Of a stretch of DNA of 64,000 nucleotides, positions 12,057 to 26,397 are shown piece by piece. The DNA comes from Octopus vulgaris. Taxonomy: Eukaryota. The DNA lies in contig OX597831.1 in assembly GCA_951406725.2 (NCBI GenBank), positions 434,001-498,000 on the forward strand, read 5' to 3'. Positions within the stretch are counted from its first letter, which is position 1. Each line of letters starts with the position of its first letter. A program made the translations under genes and the position numbers. The notes below the pieces were generated by a model that was not told where the DNA came from, made no database searches, and saw only the letters and a program-made list of their open reading frames with translations.

Positions 12057-12858
12057 CTGTGTACAAAGAAAAGAGAATGTATTGAGTCTGGAATCTCATT
12101 AAAATTTCAGAAAAGTTTTTAAACTTAGTTTTAACAAGTTCTATATGAGATTTTGCCTTTCATCCTTTCAGGAGGTTCATAAATAAAGTACCAGCTAAGA
12201 GTGGTGGATGGGCAGAAAAGTAAGAGCATCATATGCAATATCTACATTAATCTGTTTGGTTATTCACATTATGATGGCAATACTTGCAACGATACTGACA
12301 CCAAGTGGTATAGATCCTTGCCTTTCCCCCCCACAACAAACAACATTGGTGATGTGGACAAGGTATGTGTGGGTAAGCTGCCGGAAAAAAAAATTGCACC
12401 TTCAACAAGAACTTTCCAGGGAAAGATCCAAAGACTCATATGACATACAGAGTCCTAGATCTACAACATAAAGTAATGGTAAATTTATATAGACCAGAGA
12501 ACTAATGAACAAGTTGGTCTATTATCAATACCATGTTGTCCACCACCAACTAGATACGTTGTCGTTCAGTGCTGAATTCAGCACCTCATCTCCATCAGAA
12601 AAAAATGATAAGTGTAACAGCCAACTGAATTATTACAGGTTAGGGAGTATATTTTAGCTGCCTGGCCCCAGCTTTACTCTATGAGTCTTTAATTCAGAAA
12701 TAGATTAGCTTTATAATACAGCAACAAACAAACATAAATAATATATAGATTAAGGGCCAAGATCTTAATGTAAAGTGATGTTAGACAATACAAGCACCAA
12801 TCTGATAGAAAAAAAGGACAGATGAGGCTCTCAGAATAGGTTAAAATTGTGTACTTAC

Positions 12859-12977
12859 GGGTAATTTTGCACAGAGTACTGTAACCCAGAGGGCATGTTA
12901 TTAACAGGTTCAAATCTTTGACTGGTTTGAACCAAACCAGAATACGATTCACTTGGATTAGGAGGCCTTTGTTGCTG
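12859..12977 (-). CDS. SIN3A: SIN3A-like coding exon, 119 nt (QQQRPPNPSESYSGLVQTSQRFEPVNNMPSGLQYSVQNY-P)
   Basis: Acceptor ctgtttctttcttttgtttttag and donor GTAAGT with an open frame. GLQYSV resembles GIQYSV in vertebrate SIN3A. Ends in phase 2, matching the next exon. Confidence 0.8.
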
Positions 12978-13282
12978 CTAAAAACAAAAGAAAGAAACAG
13001 AAAATTAAATTAATGTAAACAATAGCAATATATACATAGATAACATCTACATAATTTGGGTGTTTTTTATTTTTGTTTGTTTTGATTAGAATTGATAATT
13101 ATTGCAATTATTTACACATTATATTGTACTCTCTGTGCCCTTATTTAACCTGTAAATTGTAACAGGACCAGATCAGAACTAGGGTTATAACAACATAAGG
13201 AACTAAGGGAAAGTTGAGAGACCCCAAAAAAGATTTTGTATACTTGATTTTTGTTGTATAATAAACTTGTCCCATTTATGAC

Positions 13283-13368
13283 AACATAGAAACAATATGT
13301 TTTGCAATATTATTTAATTTTATTTAACATAGAAACAATATGTTTTGCAATATTATTTAATTTTATTT
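13283..13368. repeat. Perfect 43-bp tandem duplication
   Basis: AACATAGAAACAATATGTTTTGCAATATTATTTAATTTTATTT occurs twice in tandem. Confidence 0.92.
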
Positions 13369-14421
13369 CTAAATACATCAAATCTAAAATTTGCAAGCTA
13401 GTATTAGTTAATCAAGGAGTTTCTCTGCTTTCACTGACTACAGAGATCTTTCATAATCAGTTCCAGGAATTCATTAGATGTTTAGATAATATGAGATTTG
13501 AAGCTATCATTCAAGGACATATTGAAAAGAAATGAAATGGGAGTACTAGCCCCAGAACTCATTGAAAGTACTTCCTTTTAATATTCATTAACTGCTAGAG
13601 ATTCAAGTTAAATATCCCTAAAATCATACTGTATCAACTTAATAAAAAAAAGAAGGACACATTAGATCAAGTAGCCTTCGATATATCTGACTAAAACACT
13701 GAAACATCTTTGATCATGATCACAGGTGTACTCAATCAGGGCTGAACAACAATTGTGCAAGAATCATAGATTACATAAGGAATCACCTATTGAAACACTA
13801 AACTCAGGTGATTCCACAACAAATCATTTCACTAACTGAACCATTACTTAAAAATTAATCAACCCAAATGAATAAATACCTGGGTCCCTAAGCTTTAAAT
13901 GTGTCATCTGCAACAGTTTATATGACATTATGGCTGACCCTTTTGTCACCATATCTATGTTGAAATACACTGCCTTTGTTTCAAATAACATTGTCATTAT
14001 TTGGCTCGGAATATAAGTTAACATGAAATTTTGATGGAAGGTTTTAAATTAGATAACTTTAAAATAAGGAATTCATATCAAAGACATGAGGATGGTTTCA
14101 TTTTAAAGGCTCAAACATAGGTGACTAATGACACAACAGCAAGTTCACAAACTAAATCTTGAAATACAACAGTCAAATTAATTGAAGGAAGCAACAATCA
14201 AGAAATGTATATTGTCATTTAGCCCCAGATCAAATCTGATGAAGCAGAGGTATGTCATTCTGGCTGTGACCACTCAGTCTTTGCTTTTGGATACAATGTA
14301 TTTAAGACTACATTATATAATGTGTCTTTCCTTTTCATTTTCTTAAAGGCAGAATGATGTAATTTGCAGGAGAATTGACTGCTGTTTCTGGTAGGACAAA
14401 AAACCTGGTTGTCTTGTAATG

Positions 14422-14423
<2 letters not shown>

Positions 14424-14490
<67 letters not shown>
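14424..14490. repeat. (TA)n microsatellite
   Basis: Direct reading. A second tract lies at about 14781-14827. Confidence 0.95.
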
Positions 14491-14491
<1 letters not shown>

Positions 14492-14776
14492 TAGTAATTA
14501 TAGTTTTTCTAGATTTTAACTTCACCACACACCAAATTTAGAAATAGCAGTCACAAAGAGTTATAGCTATTCTTTCTAGCTATAGAAAGAATAGCTATAA
14601 CTCTTTGACTGCTATTTCTAAATTCGTGTGTGGTGAGGCAAATCGTTGCTAAACCCTTAATTACTTAGTATTACTTAAACTTTCCTCGAATGGGGCTTTT
14701 ACATGCCGAAATCTACTTGGTGAAATTAATGATTATTCCAAATTAATTAATTTCACCTATATTATTACTGATAACC

Positions 14777-14780
<4 letters not shown>
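14491..14780. mobile_element. Fold-back element between two (TA)n tracts
   Basis: Inverted repeat 14522-14636 with a 25-bp perfect inner stem and 4-nt loop GCTA. Second 12-bp stem at 14719-14757. (TA)n on both sides. Confidence 0.55.
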
Positions 14781-14829
<49 letters not shown>

Positions 14830-16524
14830 CTGCTATAGATGCAACACAGGATTTTAACCTATGGTCTTGCATTGCTGTGCATCCACTATAAGTTATGAAG
14901 AAATAGGTGACATACAAAATGATGATTCTTGATACGACTAGGACAATGTTTTAGCCACTACTTTGAAGGATTATAATCATATAACAGATACAATGTGCTC
15001 TGCTGGGGTAAATAATAGCTGTCTATTACTCCAGTGGGTGAGGTGAGGTCAACAGAATATACAAATGATTGATTCACTCAGTTATATACTCCTACAAGAA
15101 ACATAAGCAATAAATAATGATTATAGTTAGTGTAGCAACCCAAGAAGTCTCAGCCACCACAGCATGACACCAAGGTGAGTTAATGGGGCAATATATCATA
15201 AAGGATGTCAACCAGCTGCCTGGGGCCATCTTTAACACTTCTAAGTAAACAATAAAGATTTTCGCCATATTTGAACAAGACTTCAAATTGTGGTAAAGTG
15301 TGTAGAGGATATTATTCTATCAACCCCATGGGTATAAAATAAATAATAAACTCCAGTGAGGTCTGAATTCACAGATGGGGGAAAAACTAAATACTGTAAC
15401 ACAATAAATCTGTTATTTCACTTCGCTCTCTCTCTCACCCCCCCCCCAACTCATATGGACTCGTGTGAGATTTCAACATATGAACATCTAGTTTTCAATC
15501 AACTGAACAATCTACTGAGTTAGCAAGCAAAGTGGCTGAGTATTCCAGACACGTCTACTCTACAAATAACTATCAAAGAGAACCAGTGTGATACTGTGTG
15601 GCAAGTGTGGACTTTTGAATCACAAGTACAGTCTATCCGGACAAGCTGTTCCATTCACCCAGTTTTGTGTCTATGACTTGGGTTGACTCAAGGTTATGGT
15701 ACAGACATTTACCCCAAATACTACAGTGGGATCAAATTTTGGACCTCAGGGTTGTGAAGTGAACTTCTTAACTACATAACCATGCCTGTCTGTGAGTGTG
15801 TTTCCCAACCATTTGGTTTCAGGTTCAGTCCCACTGTGCAGCACCTTGGACAAAGTGTCTTTTACTATAGTTCTGGGCCTAACAAATCCTTGTTAGTGGA
15901 TTTAGTAGAAACTGAAAGACACCCATTGTGTGCGTGTGTTGCACTCGTCTTGAAATCATGTGATGGTTGTAAACAAGCCTCACTATCATACAAGTGGTGT
16001 TGTTCATTTTCAGTATCTCATGAAAAACATGTCTTGCTATGGAAGGAATACTACCTTACTTGGAAACAGGTAAGGGTTGGCAAATCTGCCTCAACAAATT
16101 CCTTCTGATCTATGCAAACATGGAAAAGTGGATACAAAAACAATGATGATGATATATACAACAATAAATGATAGATAAAAGATAGGTATTTACAGCAAAT
16201 TTGGACACACAGCTTTGGTAATTTCGTCTGTAGTCGTATATCATTATGATCAACAAAATAGCAGCAATCCTTGCAACTAGCATTTAAACTCTTTTGATAC
16301 AAATCTACTCAAGACCACCACCACTGACTCTGTTAATACAAAACTTTCCATCATAACTTTATCTAAGAACCTTCTGTTGTTCTAAAGATCAGTTTAACAT
16401 ACTAATTAATAAGTTAGTTAATTAACTACCTCTCCCCAACAATTCTTAATTATTTTCAAAATTAATTCAAACTCCATGGGTTTGAATTAATTAAAAATGC
16501 CAGAAAAGATAGTTAATGAAATGT

Positions 16525-16748
16525 ATTCTTTTCTACTGTAGTTAGGCACAAGGCCCAAGATTTTGGGGGGGAGGGGGCCAGTTGATTAGATCAACCCCAG
16601 TATGCAACTGGTACTTAATTCATCAACCCCGGAAAGGATGAAAGGCAAAGTTGACCTCAATGGAATTTGAACTCAGAACGTAAAGATAGATGAAACACTG
16701 CCGGGCATTCCGTCCAGCATGCTAACGTTTCTGCCAGTTCCCCACCTT
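16525..16748 (-). mobile_element. SINE family B variant (tail GGCCTTGTGCC)
   Basis: Same head and central domain as 18597-18832, different 3' part. Related copies near 19300, 31950 and 55960. Confidence 0.8.
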
Positions 16749-17099
16749 CATGTGATAAAATGGTATTAACACAAAAATAATAGCTTCTATCAGATATATG
16801 TACAGTTAAATTAAACATATCTTCGTTAGTAATTTCATTGAACAGATTCTTAAGAACAGACATGGAAAGTGAATAGACTGGAAATGGAGTCAAAATTTAG
16901 TGGAACCAATAATGAAAATTCTTCGCAAGTAAATGGAAACGTCAATAAACTTATCTGTGATTTGCCTAAGCATTTCATTCAAAGTTCTCAACATCTGTTT
17001 TACTTATACCAACAAGTGTGTGTTTGTGGTATTCTTGTGCAAGTATGTGTAAATAGTGAATGTTAGACATTTGATATAAATGAATGAATGAATGAGAGT

Positions 17100-17102
<3 letters not shown>

Positions 17103-17170
<68 letters not shown>
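17103..17170. repeat. (GA)n microsatellite
   Basis: Direct reading. Confidence 0.95.
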
Positions 17171-17173
<3 letters not shown>

Positions 17174-18596
17174 CATAAGAAATGGTTGGGACTGATGTCC
17201 AGTCAGTGTTTATGATCTCCTGCTTTTCCTTTTCACGCAGATCTAGTAGTCACTTGTAAGAAAGAGCTACTCTGCAAAAGGAGAAAAACTAATCCCTGTT
17301 AATTCTCAAGCCGCTTCTTTCCCTCTGTCATCTGTATTGCGTCCCTTAGGAAATTAAACCAGAAGGAGTTCAGCAAATGGAAGAGAGGGTAAACAGACAA
17401 AGCTTTTTTTTACAGTCCTTAGATAAACTTCTAGTACAGAAGTAGCTGACTGAAATCCAGAGAGAAACTCTTGACATGATCAGAATTTAAGATACAGGGT
17501 GCAGGATGTATTTAGATAACAGCCCAGCAGTAAAATCTGATACATTACATGTGAGACTACATGGGGGTGATTAGTAACCAAAATCTGGACATGGCTTGTT
17601 GTTATGCAGCCTTGATCCAGTAAACCCAAGATGAATGGTATTCGAGCCATGACCATCCCATCTTTATTTGGGAATGATATACTTAGGGATACATTATCCT
17701 ATGCGCCTGCTTTTGAAGATGATAAATTGGGCAGCTTGAGGGAAATTTTGCTGCTGTTTCTAGCAGGTCAAGTGATTAAACAAGGTCATCCTTATGTTTT
17801 GTTTTTTGTCTGAAATGTGGAGAAACAGAAACAACCAAGTACCCAGGGCAGGGTCGCCTATTCTTGAAAGGTTGATAAATAAGTACAGTGTCTGTACTAG
17901 GATCAACTCAATTGACTGGGTACTCTTCTCTTGGGCCTTGACCCAATATCTAGACACTATTTGGTTTGGTTGGGTCAAATGATAAAGTTTGCAGTTGGTT
18001 CTATGGCAGATGAACCTGAGAAAGATTAAAAGGAAGTATAAACCTAGAAACTGATAAGAGACACACAAACTCTAAAGCAGGCAATGTGTGTTTTTGGCCG
18101 CTTACAAATTAGTAATCTAAAAATTCTTTGATAGATCTACTTATAATTCAACTTTGAGTTTGCAGTTTTATATTGCACCACTAACATTGCACTGTGCATG
18201 CAGCTGAGATACTTATCCAACCCTTTAAGCTGTGCAGCACAAAAAATAAACAGGCAAAACAAGGCTTAAGAAAGTCAAATGTAAGTGGGTACTGCAGTCC
18301 GAGTAGTAGCAGTACTGCAATTGAAACTTCTGGTAGGTAAAGACTGGAAAGGGACAGACTCTGCTGCACAGGTAAGAATTTTCTGTAGTCTACTTACTTC
18401 TGATCCAATGATGTTTGGGACTTGCCACTGCTTTATGTATAAACTAAAATATCAAAGCAGTTTTTGATATTTTGGAAATTCAACATCATACAAGACAGAG
18501 AGAGAGAGAATAATAACCTTCATGTTCACACACATGTCTGTCCATTTTTTAATCATAAAAATTTTAACTCATTGATTTTCTAACACTTTACTTACT

Positions 18597-18832
18597 TATT
18601 TCTTTACTACCCACAAGGGGCTAAACACAGAGAGGACGAACAAGGACAGACAAACGGATTAAGTCGATCATATCGACCCCAGTGCGTAACTGTACTTATT
18701 TAATCGACCCCCGAAAGGATGAAAGGCAAAGTCGACCTCGGCGGAATTTGAACTCAGAACATAGCGACAGACGAAATACCGCAAAGCATTTCGCCCGGCG
18801 CGCTAACGTTTCTGCCAGCTCGCCGCCTTCAA
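18597..18832 (-). mobile_element. tRNA-derived SINE (family B), young full-length copy
   Basis: Head GGCGGCGAGCTGGCAGAAACGTTAG, B-box GAGTTCAAATTCC and central GCCTTTCATCCTTTCGGGGGTCGA (resembles the Meta/MESC-type domain, from memory). Perfect 15-bp TSD AACACTTTACTTACT. Confidence 0.9.
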
Positions 18833-21067
18833 AACACTTTACTTACTACACTGTGCAAGTGGTAGCTTGCAGATTATTGGGTATACAAGTCCCTTGATAG
18901 AAAAAGGGCTAATAATTATATTCTGCCCCAAGGACTCTATTATATTTGAAACAAAATAAAATGATACTCGAGCTTTCAATGGATCAGCCCACCTAACTCT
19001 GAATTGCTATACTTCACCTCTATATCATTCATAAGTCTTTCATCAGCTTGTAAATTATAATCTAAATAAGATTCACCTACGGGTCTCAAGGAGGAAGCAG
19101 TGTGTTTCAGATGTGACAGGAACAATAATCACAATGTGATTATTGTTATTCTTCCACTCACTAGAGCTGCAAATACAGACACATTACACATTGGAGGTAG
19201 AACTAAACAGAATACTGTTGGAATTTTGTATGATAAAAAAAAGATTTCCACAGTTCTTAAAGAAATGTACTTACATTCAAAAATAAATATTTTTTTCTTT
19301 TTAATTTTAGTACAAGGCCAGCAATTCTGAAGACCCCCGCCTACTACTTGGACAATACTTTGTTTTATCAACTCCAAAAGGATAAAAGGCAAAATTTGGC
19401 TTTGGTGGGATTGAACTCAAAGTGTAAAGAGTTGGAAGAAATACCACCAAGCATTTTGTCCAATGTGCTAATGTTTCTGCCAGCTTGTCAGCCTTCAGAA
19501 ATAATTACAAAATCACTTCTTTTTACTTTTACTACTCAGAAATTTTGTGCTTTTACAAATCCCATTTGAATTGCAATTGTGATTTTTTCCAACAACTTGT
19601 ATGCATGCGTGTGTGCACACACACACACACACACATGTATTGAAACACATCCAGAAGTTAAATATCAAGGCATGTATCCCAACATTAACAACAACGACAG
19701 TAACAAACTAACCTCAACTTTTTGAACAAGCAGCTCTTGTACATCCTCTTGAAATATAGTATTTCCTCTCAAGAAAGGCACTACTTAAATGATTATTTAA
19801 TTGCACTCACATAAAAAGCTCAGCATGGTGACTTCACACACACAAACACAGCCACTTGTGATGTGGCTGATGGAGTCGGTACAGATGGTAAAAAAGTTGG
19901 ACTAATTAAAACAGTTAAATAAGTTTAGAAAAGTGAGAAGATGAGCCTGATAATAAAAACAGATTTTGAACCTAAGTACTATAGTTCAAATCCTACTTGG
20001 GTTGATTGAAACTAATAAAATAAGTAACTTGAAGTGTGGTGTGATTAGAAACCTGATATATCAGACTTGAATTCAGTCAGTTATTCTAATCAGGAAAAAA
20101 TTGCAGTCCTGGTCAATTATACCCATTCAAGAAACCCAATGTGTATGAAGTAACAATGTTTTTAATACTGCTGGCACCTTAGGCAAGTGTTTTCTTTATA
20201 GCAGAGTTGACACAAGCCTTGTGAAGAGATTAAGTGGATAGAAACTGAAAGAACCACAACATGTATGTGCCCCCACCCAATCTTGCTATCTTGCAATAAT
20301 TGTAAAGAAGCATCACCATTATACAAGCAGTGTCATTTGTTTCCATAATTCTGTGAAAGCATGTCCGGCCACGAGAAAATATTTCCTTGCATGAAAACAA
20401 GTGAGGGTTAGCGACAGAGCACATCCTATACCATTAAATAACGAACTGAGGATAATTTAGAATCCACCTGTCCTATGTTTAGATTGGTATTGGTGTCATG
20501 GTAAGCAAGCAACAAACATTCCACATGGTTGTCAAAACAGGTATCACATTGACCACTTGATACCTACAGGATATTTTGTCAATAGAATGTGAAATGTCGT
20601 CAAATATTGGCCTCACTTGGCTCAGTAACTGACATCTGTTCAAGAAATAAGTAGTTCTTCCTCAACTAAGGATAAATGCAGTTGTATTGCAGAATTCTTA
20701 AGATATATAAAAGTTATCACAAAGAAGGGAATCATTGTTATGACAATATGTGAAAGAGACATTGTTCACTACAGAAGCAGCATACTAGCTGTTAAATATT
20801 TATTGAATACAAGTCTGAAAAGCTGAAAGCAATGTCTTGACACACTTGAAAATACTTCAATTCTGACAATGAAACTTATTGAAAAAAACAAGCAAAGTAT
20901 CAGAGAAGCATGCTGGATAAATAAATAATTAAATGGACCCAGTTGCCATGTTAACACATGAAACAGATTTTTTTAAAAAAAATCATGTAATTGTAAGCAT
21001 AAGTACTTCAATGCCCTGAAGTACAACAAACTTTACAATTAACAAATGATACTGTGAAATATCATAT

Positions 21068-21300
21068 TAAACCTTTTTGATGCTAAATTTGCCTGAGACT
21101 GCTTTTGGTTCTACGATACAAACTTCCTGTTTAAAGTAATCTAAATTTAAACTTTGAATTAAAATTTCATGTGAATTTATGTTTCAAACACCATCCTAAT
21201 AATGGCAAGGATATTATTATGTTAAACTCTTTATTATTTTCAAAATTAATTGAAATAAAGGCAGTGTGTTTTAACGGAAATGTAGTAACAAAAAGGTTAA
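21068..21300. mobile_element. piggyBac-like MITE (family M2)
   Basis: TTAAACCTTTTTGATGC ... GTAACAAAAAGGTTAA, inverted relative to the 26177 copy. Confidence 0.75.
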
Positions 21301-24300
21301 AGCTTGCTGTTTAAATGGTGATAGCACATTGTTTCTTTCTTTCTATGTTTGCATGAGTTGGACAATGATGCAAATTTAGAAATTTACATTGATTATTGGA
21401 ATATATAAAATTTTCAGTTGGGTGCTTTTTCGTTAATTCCTATAAATCAACAAGAAACCAGAAGCAGGACTCAGTCAGACAGACTAAAGTGAATATAGTA
21501 ACATTTCCTGCCTAAAGGTGTTTAAACCGGAATCTTTACTGAAGTCGATAGTCTGCAGTACCTTTCCAGTCACGACAATAAACCATCCAACACAACAAAA
21601 CAAACAGGCTAAGAACACTGGATATATAAACAAATAATAGCAATAAATAAATTGATTTTGTATCAAAGACTCTATATATATGATATGATTCTCAGTATAC
21701 CTAAAAAAATAGAGCAAGTAATGTTTTGATCTGGTTAAATTTATTTTTGTTCTTCCTCAAAAATATCATAAACCAATTAATTTCACATTGATGATGGCCA
21801 TCAAAATCATTAATATTGTTTCCTCATTCCTTGATTTAAAAAAAAAATCCTTTTGTTTTCTTTATCTACAGTTTAGGGAACTTTTCCATCATCTTACAGG
21901 AAAAAAAGTGTTCAGAAATAATTATTAGTGCTATTACACAACATTCCCTCTAATTTTTCTTAACCACTGAGTGGAACATTTTGTGCTTTCATTAATCACC
22001 AGTTTTATGTCCACTTTTCCATGCTTGGAATTTTTTAGAGGCAAATTTTCTACAGTTGGATGCTCTTCCTGTCACCAATCCTCCCCTGTTTCCAATTATG
22101 ATAATATTTCCCCCATAACCAGATATGTTTTCACTGAAAATTAGGAACAAAGGATATTGCTTGCACGATGGTAACATTCATTTACAACTATCATGCAATG
22201 TCAAAGCAAAGAGACAGTAACATATGCACATATAAACACAACAGGCTTTCAGTTTCTGTCTACCAGATCTACTCACCATGCTTTCTGGCCTGGGGCCATA
22301 GCAGAAGACACATGCCTATGGTGCCACACAGAAGGACGGAGACTGGAACCATGTGGTCAGGAAGCAAATTTCTTACCACACAGCCATGCCTGTGCCTAGT
22401 GAAAATATTTGTAATTCAAAGCTACTATGCAACATTTAAACCTCCATACAGTTTATGAAACATGTATTTGTAAATTAAAACACATGGCAGCATATTGGTT
22501 GCTGCAGCACTCATACAGCAACCGAGTGGCCATGCAGCTTAGAAAGAATATTGCATATAACTGAAATCAGTGAATCATGAATTTATTGTTTCACTTGCAA
22601 GGCACTATTATTTTTCTTTCTGGTTTCCCTAACTGAAATATAACAGCTTTCCTTTTCCACTGCCCAGTCTATAATGTAAAAAAGACAATGCAAGCAAGAG
22701 ATGTCAGCCATATCAACCACACAAATTGTATATTTATCATCATTTAATATCCGTTGTTCATGTTGGTATGGGTTGGGCGGTTTGACTGGGCTGGCACGCT
22801 GGAAGGCCACACCAGACTCCAGTCTGATTTGGCATGGTTTTCTACAGCTGGATGTCCTTCCTAACGCCAACCACTCCAAGAGTGTAATGGGTGCCTTTAT
22901 GTGCCACTGGCATGGGTGCTAATTTGCATGACACTGCCATCTGCTACAACTGCAATTTTGCTCAGCTTGATGGATCTTCTCAAGCACGACATAATGCCAA
23001 AGGTCTTGATCATTGCCCCAGTCATTATAAAATAGGAAAATCTAATCCTTCTGGCAAAACAATAAGTAAAGGATCAAACAACACCACTTGTCTTAAAGTC
23101 ACATTCCACTATTTTCTTTTCCAGCTAGGGTACCCACGTATCTCCTCTACAGCAAGACCCCTATTCCTATCCCTCTATCATACTCCATCCTCTCATCACC
23201 TGACATAATGCCATCTCCCTCAATACTATACACATTTGGTCATGGGTCTTGTCTTATGAGTTACTTGAAGAACTCAGTATTGCTGGTGCCATGTAAAAAG
23301 CACCCAGTATACCCTGTAAAGTGGTTGGCATTAGAATGGGCATCTGGCAATAGAAACCACACCAAAGCAGACACTGGGGTTTGGCACATTACTCTGGGTC
23401 ACCAGCTCCAGTCAAAACCATCCAATCTATGTCAGTATAGAAGACTCACTTAAGCAGTATCCATATTTTATTAGTTTCATGTTCCCATTCAACGGACAGT
23501 CTAGATTAAGACTGTGGATAAACGAACATTCTATTAAAACTTTTGAAATACACTGTTAAGCTGATGTTTGGAACATAAATTAATATGAAATTTTAATAGG
23601 AAGTTTTAATTCAGATCACTTTAAAAACAAGGAGTCTGTACATTAAAACCAAAGCAGTCTCGGATGGCTTGGTATCAAAAAATTTAAGGCTTATCTGACT
23701 CTTTGGTGACCATATTTCTAATGAAATACACTGTCTATAGGTTTTAGTTAATTTTGAAGATAATAATTATGGGAGATTTATCATAAAAGAGAATAAGTTA
23801 TTTGTTGTGAAAGTTAGTGTTTGGAATGTAACTTAATAGAAGGTTTTAATTTAAATACAAACAATTTATAACAAGGACTTGTAAAACCTGAGGCACTCCC
23901 AGGTGGGTAGCTATCAATAGAGTCAAACTAAACAATCAGTTGTTTTAGTTCACATATTTACATTTTGAATAAAGGCTACTTTATTTATGCGTAGATTTTC
24001 TTTTTTTATCATAACATGGGAGTACTTTTCACAACAGACTGCTAGTTCATTCTCATTAAAATAAATATATGTCATCATTATCATTTTAGCATCCACTTTC
24101 CATGCTTGCAGAGGTTGAATGAAATTCATTGAGGAAGATCTCCTATGGTCTTTAGCCATTCCTGCCACCAATCCTAACCTGTTTCTAAATAAGGTAATAT
24201 TCCCCCAAGTCAGACATGTTTCCAAGATAGATTGAAAATGAAAACGTGGCTTGTATGTTCAGAACTATCATATGATGTCAAAGCAAGTAAACAGTAACAC

Positions 24301-26176
24301 ATACAGCAGGCTTCTTTCAGTTTCCATCAACTAGATTCATTCACAAGGCTTTGTTCAACCTGGAGCTATAGCAGAAGACACTTGTCCAAGGTGCCACACA
24401 GTAGGACTGAACCTGAAACCATGTGGTTGGGAAGCAAACTTTTTAACACTCGCCACATGCACGTGTGTGTGTGTGTCTGTGCATGGACATTTGAGCTCAC
24501 TGACAAGTCAAATAGGCTAATCAATAGTTCAGAGAAGTATTTATCAAAAGGCCATAAAAGAAATCAACCTTAAAAATACTAAAGGAGAAAATCGGGGAAC
24601 ATATTGGCTTACCAATTCAAAAGTCAAAACTAAGACTGAACACCCAAAGCAACTTAACCAAAGATCATTTTGAAAAGAATAAACTCTTTCGATACATAAC
24701 CTTCCTTTTCAGAACTAAAGCATCATTTGAATATAAAATTTCATCCAATGTAACATTAAATGAAAAATCCAAATGCAAATTTACTAACATCATCATCATT
24801 ATTATTATCATTATTATTAATAATAATAATAATAATAATAATGATGATGATGATGATAATGAGCTGGAAGAATTGGGAGCATGGAAAAATGCCTTGCAGT
24901 ATTTGTTCTGGCTCTAAGTCCAAATCCTGCTGAGGCCAACTTTGTCGTTCATCTTTTTGTAGCTAATAGAATTGACTAATCCTACCCTCCTCCAAATTGT
25001 TGACCTTGCACCTAAATCAGAAACAACAGCTGCTGAGCAACTATCTATTCTAACATTTAACACAAGTTGTAGTGGAGCTGTGTCAGCAACCAACTTCACA
25101 GTTGTGCAATGAATATTTTGACAACTCATGAAATAAATTTATATTAGAAGTGAATTTAACTTTGTGTGCTATTAAATGTCTACAATGATTCTTCCACAAT
25201 ATTGTTGCTAATAATTTTCTAGACTTATATAAAAATACACTTCCATTTTATCTAATTCCTATAATTTATTTGCAAGAATTTTTTTCATTTTGTTTAAATT
25301 CTAAAAAGAATTGGTGGAATGGTGGACAAAACAGTATGCAGTATTAAGTGACATTCCATGTTCAAACCCATGGCATGATATAATATCGTACAAATACTAG
25401 TGGATGCAGGTATAGCTAAGTGGGTTTTAAGTTCACTTGGTAACAGGTTTGATCCCAGCATGTGACAATTTGATAAAAGTACTTGCCATAGTCTCATGCT
25501 AAACCAAACCATGTCAGTAAATTTGGGTAGACAAATACTGTATAGAAACCTGCCAGCTACTGTATCTGTAATTCAAATGCTTGGTTTTGTCACACACAGT
25601 GACACATTGATTCTACCTGAGAATTACATTTAGGATTGAAGTGTGAGTGAAATACTCAGCCATTTTACACGTTAATTCAACGAATAAGTTGTCCAATTGA
25701 TCATCGATCAAACAAGTGGGGGCTTCAAAATATAATACCGAAACACTTTGGTTTTGGACACTAATTTGTTTTTTAAACTAACACAAAAAAATATGGTTGG
25801 ACAAAGTGTTAATGTTATGAGCGATAATTAGAGCTAATGATGTGCTCCAGTGTACAACATTAAAGCAGTATTAATTGAAGAAAATAAATACATTTCTACA
25901 CAACTTTATTTCTGAGCATAGATTTCTTCTATTGAAGTGAATGCTTATATACCACAGATATTATAAAATGGAATGTATCCAAGTGATCTTGGATACACAC
26001 CACCTCTATTACATAACAGTAAACAACAAACTGATTCTAGAAATAAGGCATATCTAGCCTGCTGGGACCCATGCTTCATTTACATTTCCTCTACTTTCCA
26101 TGTTGGCATAGGTTAGACAGGTTGTCACAGTCTGATTAATTTCTTATTGGGAGCCATTTCTCTTATCATTCCTTAA

Positions 26177-26397
26177 CCCTTTCGTTACTGTATTTATTTT
26201 GAGATGCTCAATTTTTCTTTCAATTACTTTAAATATAACAAAGAATTTAGTAAAATAACTTAGTTATCATTAAGCTAGAGTTAGGAACATGAATTGTGAC
26301 TAAGGTTTGGTGGAAGATTTTAGTTCAGAACTTTTGAAAACAAGGCATTTGTATCACAGAGCCAGAGGCGGTTTCAGGCAGGTTGGTATCAAAAGGG
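26177..26397. mobile_element. piggyBac-like MITE (family M2)
   Basis: TTAA-CCCTTTCGTTAC ... GTATCAAAAGGG-TTAA. Related copies near 8340, 9970, 21070, 40875 and 55850. Confidence 0.82.

Noticed and set aside
19079-19166. Possible minus-strand cassette exon (ttgcag...GTAGGT) in the large intron
   Set aside because: The required phase-0 frame stops at the second codon (CTC TAG), and there is no other support.
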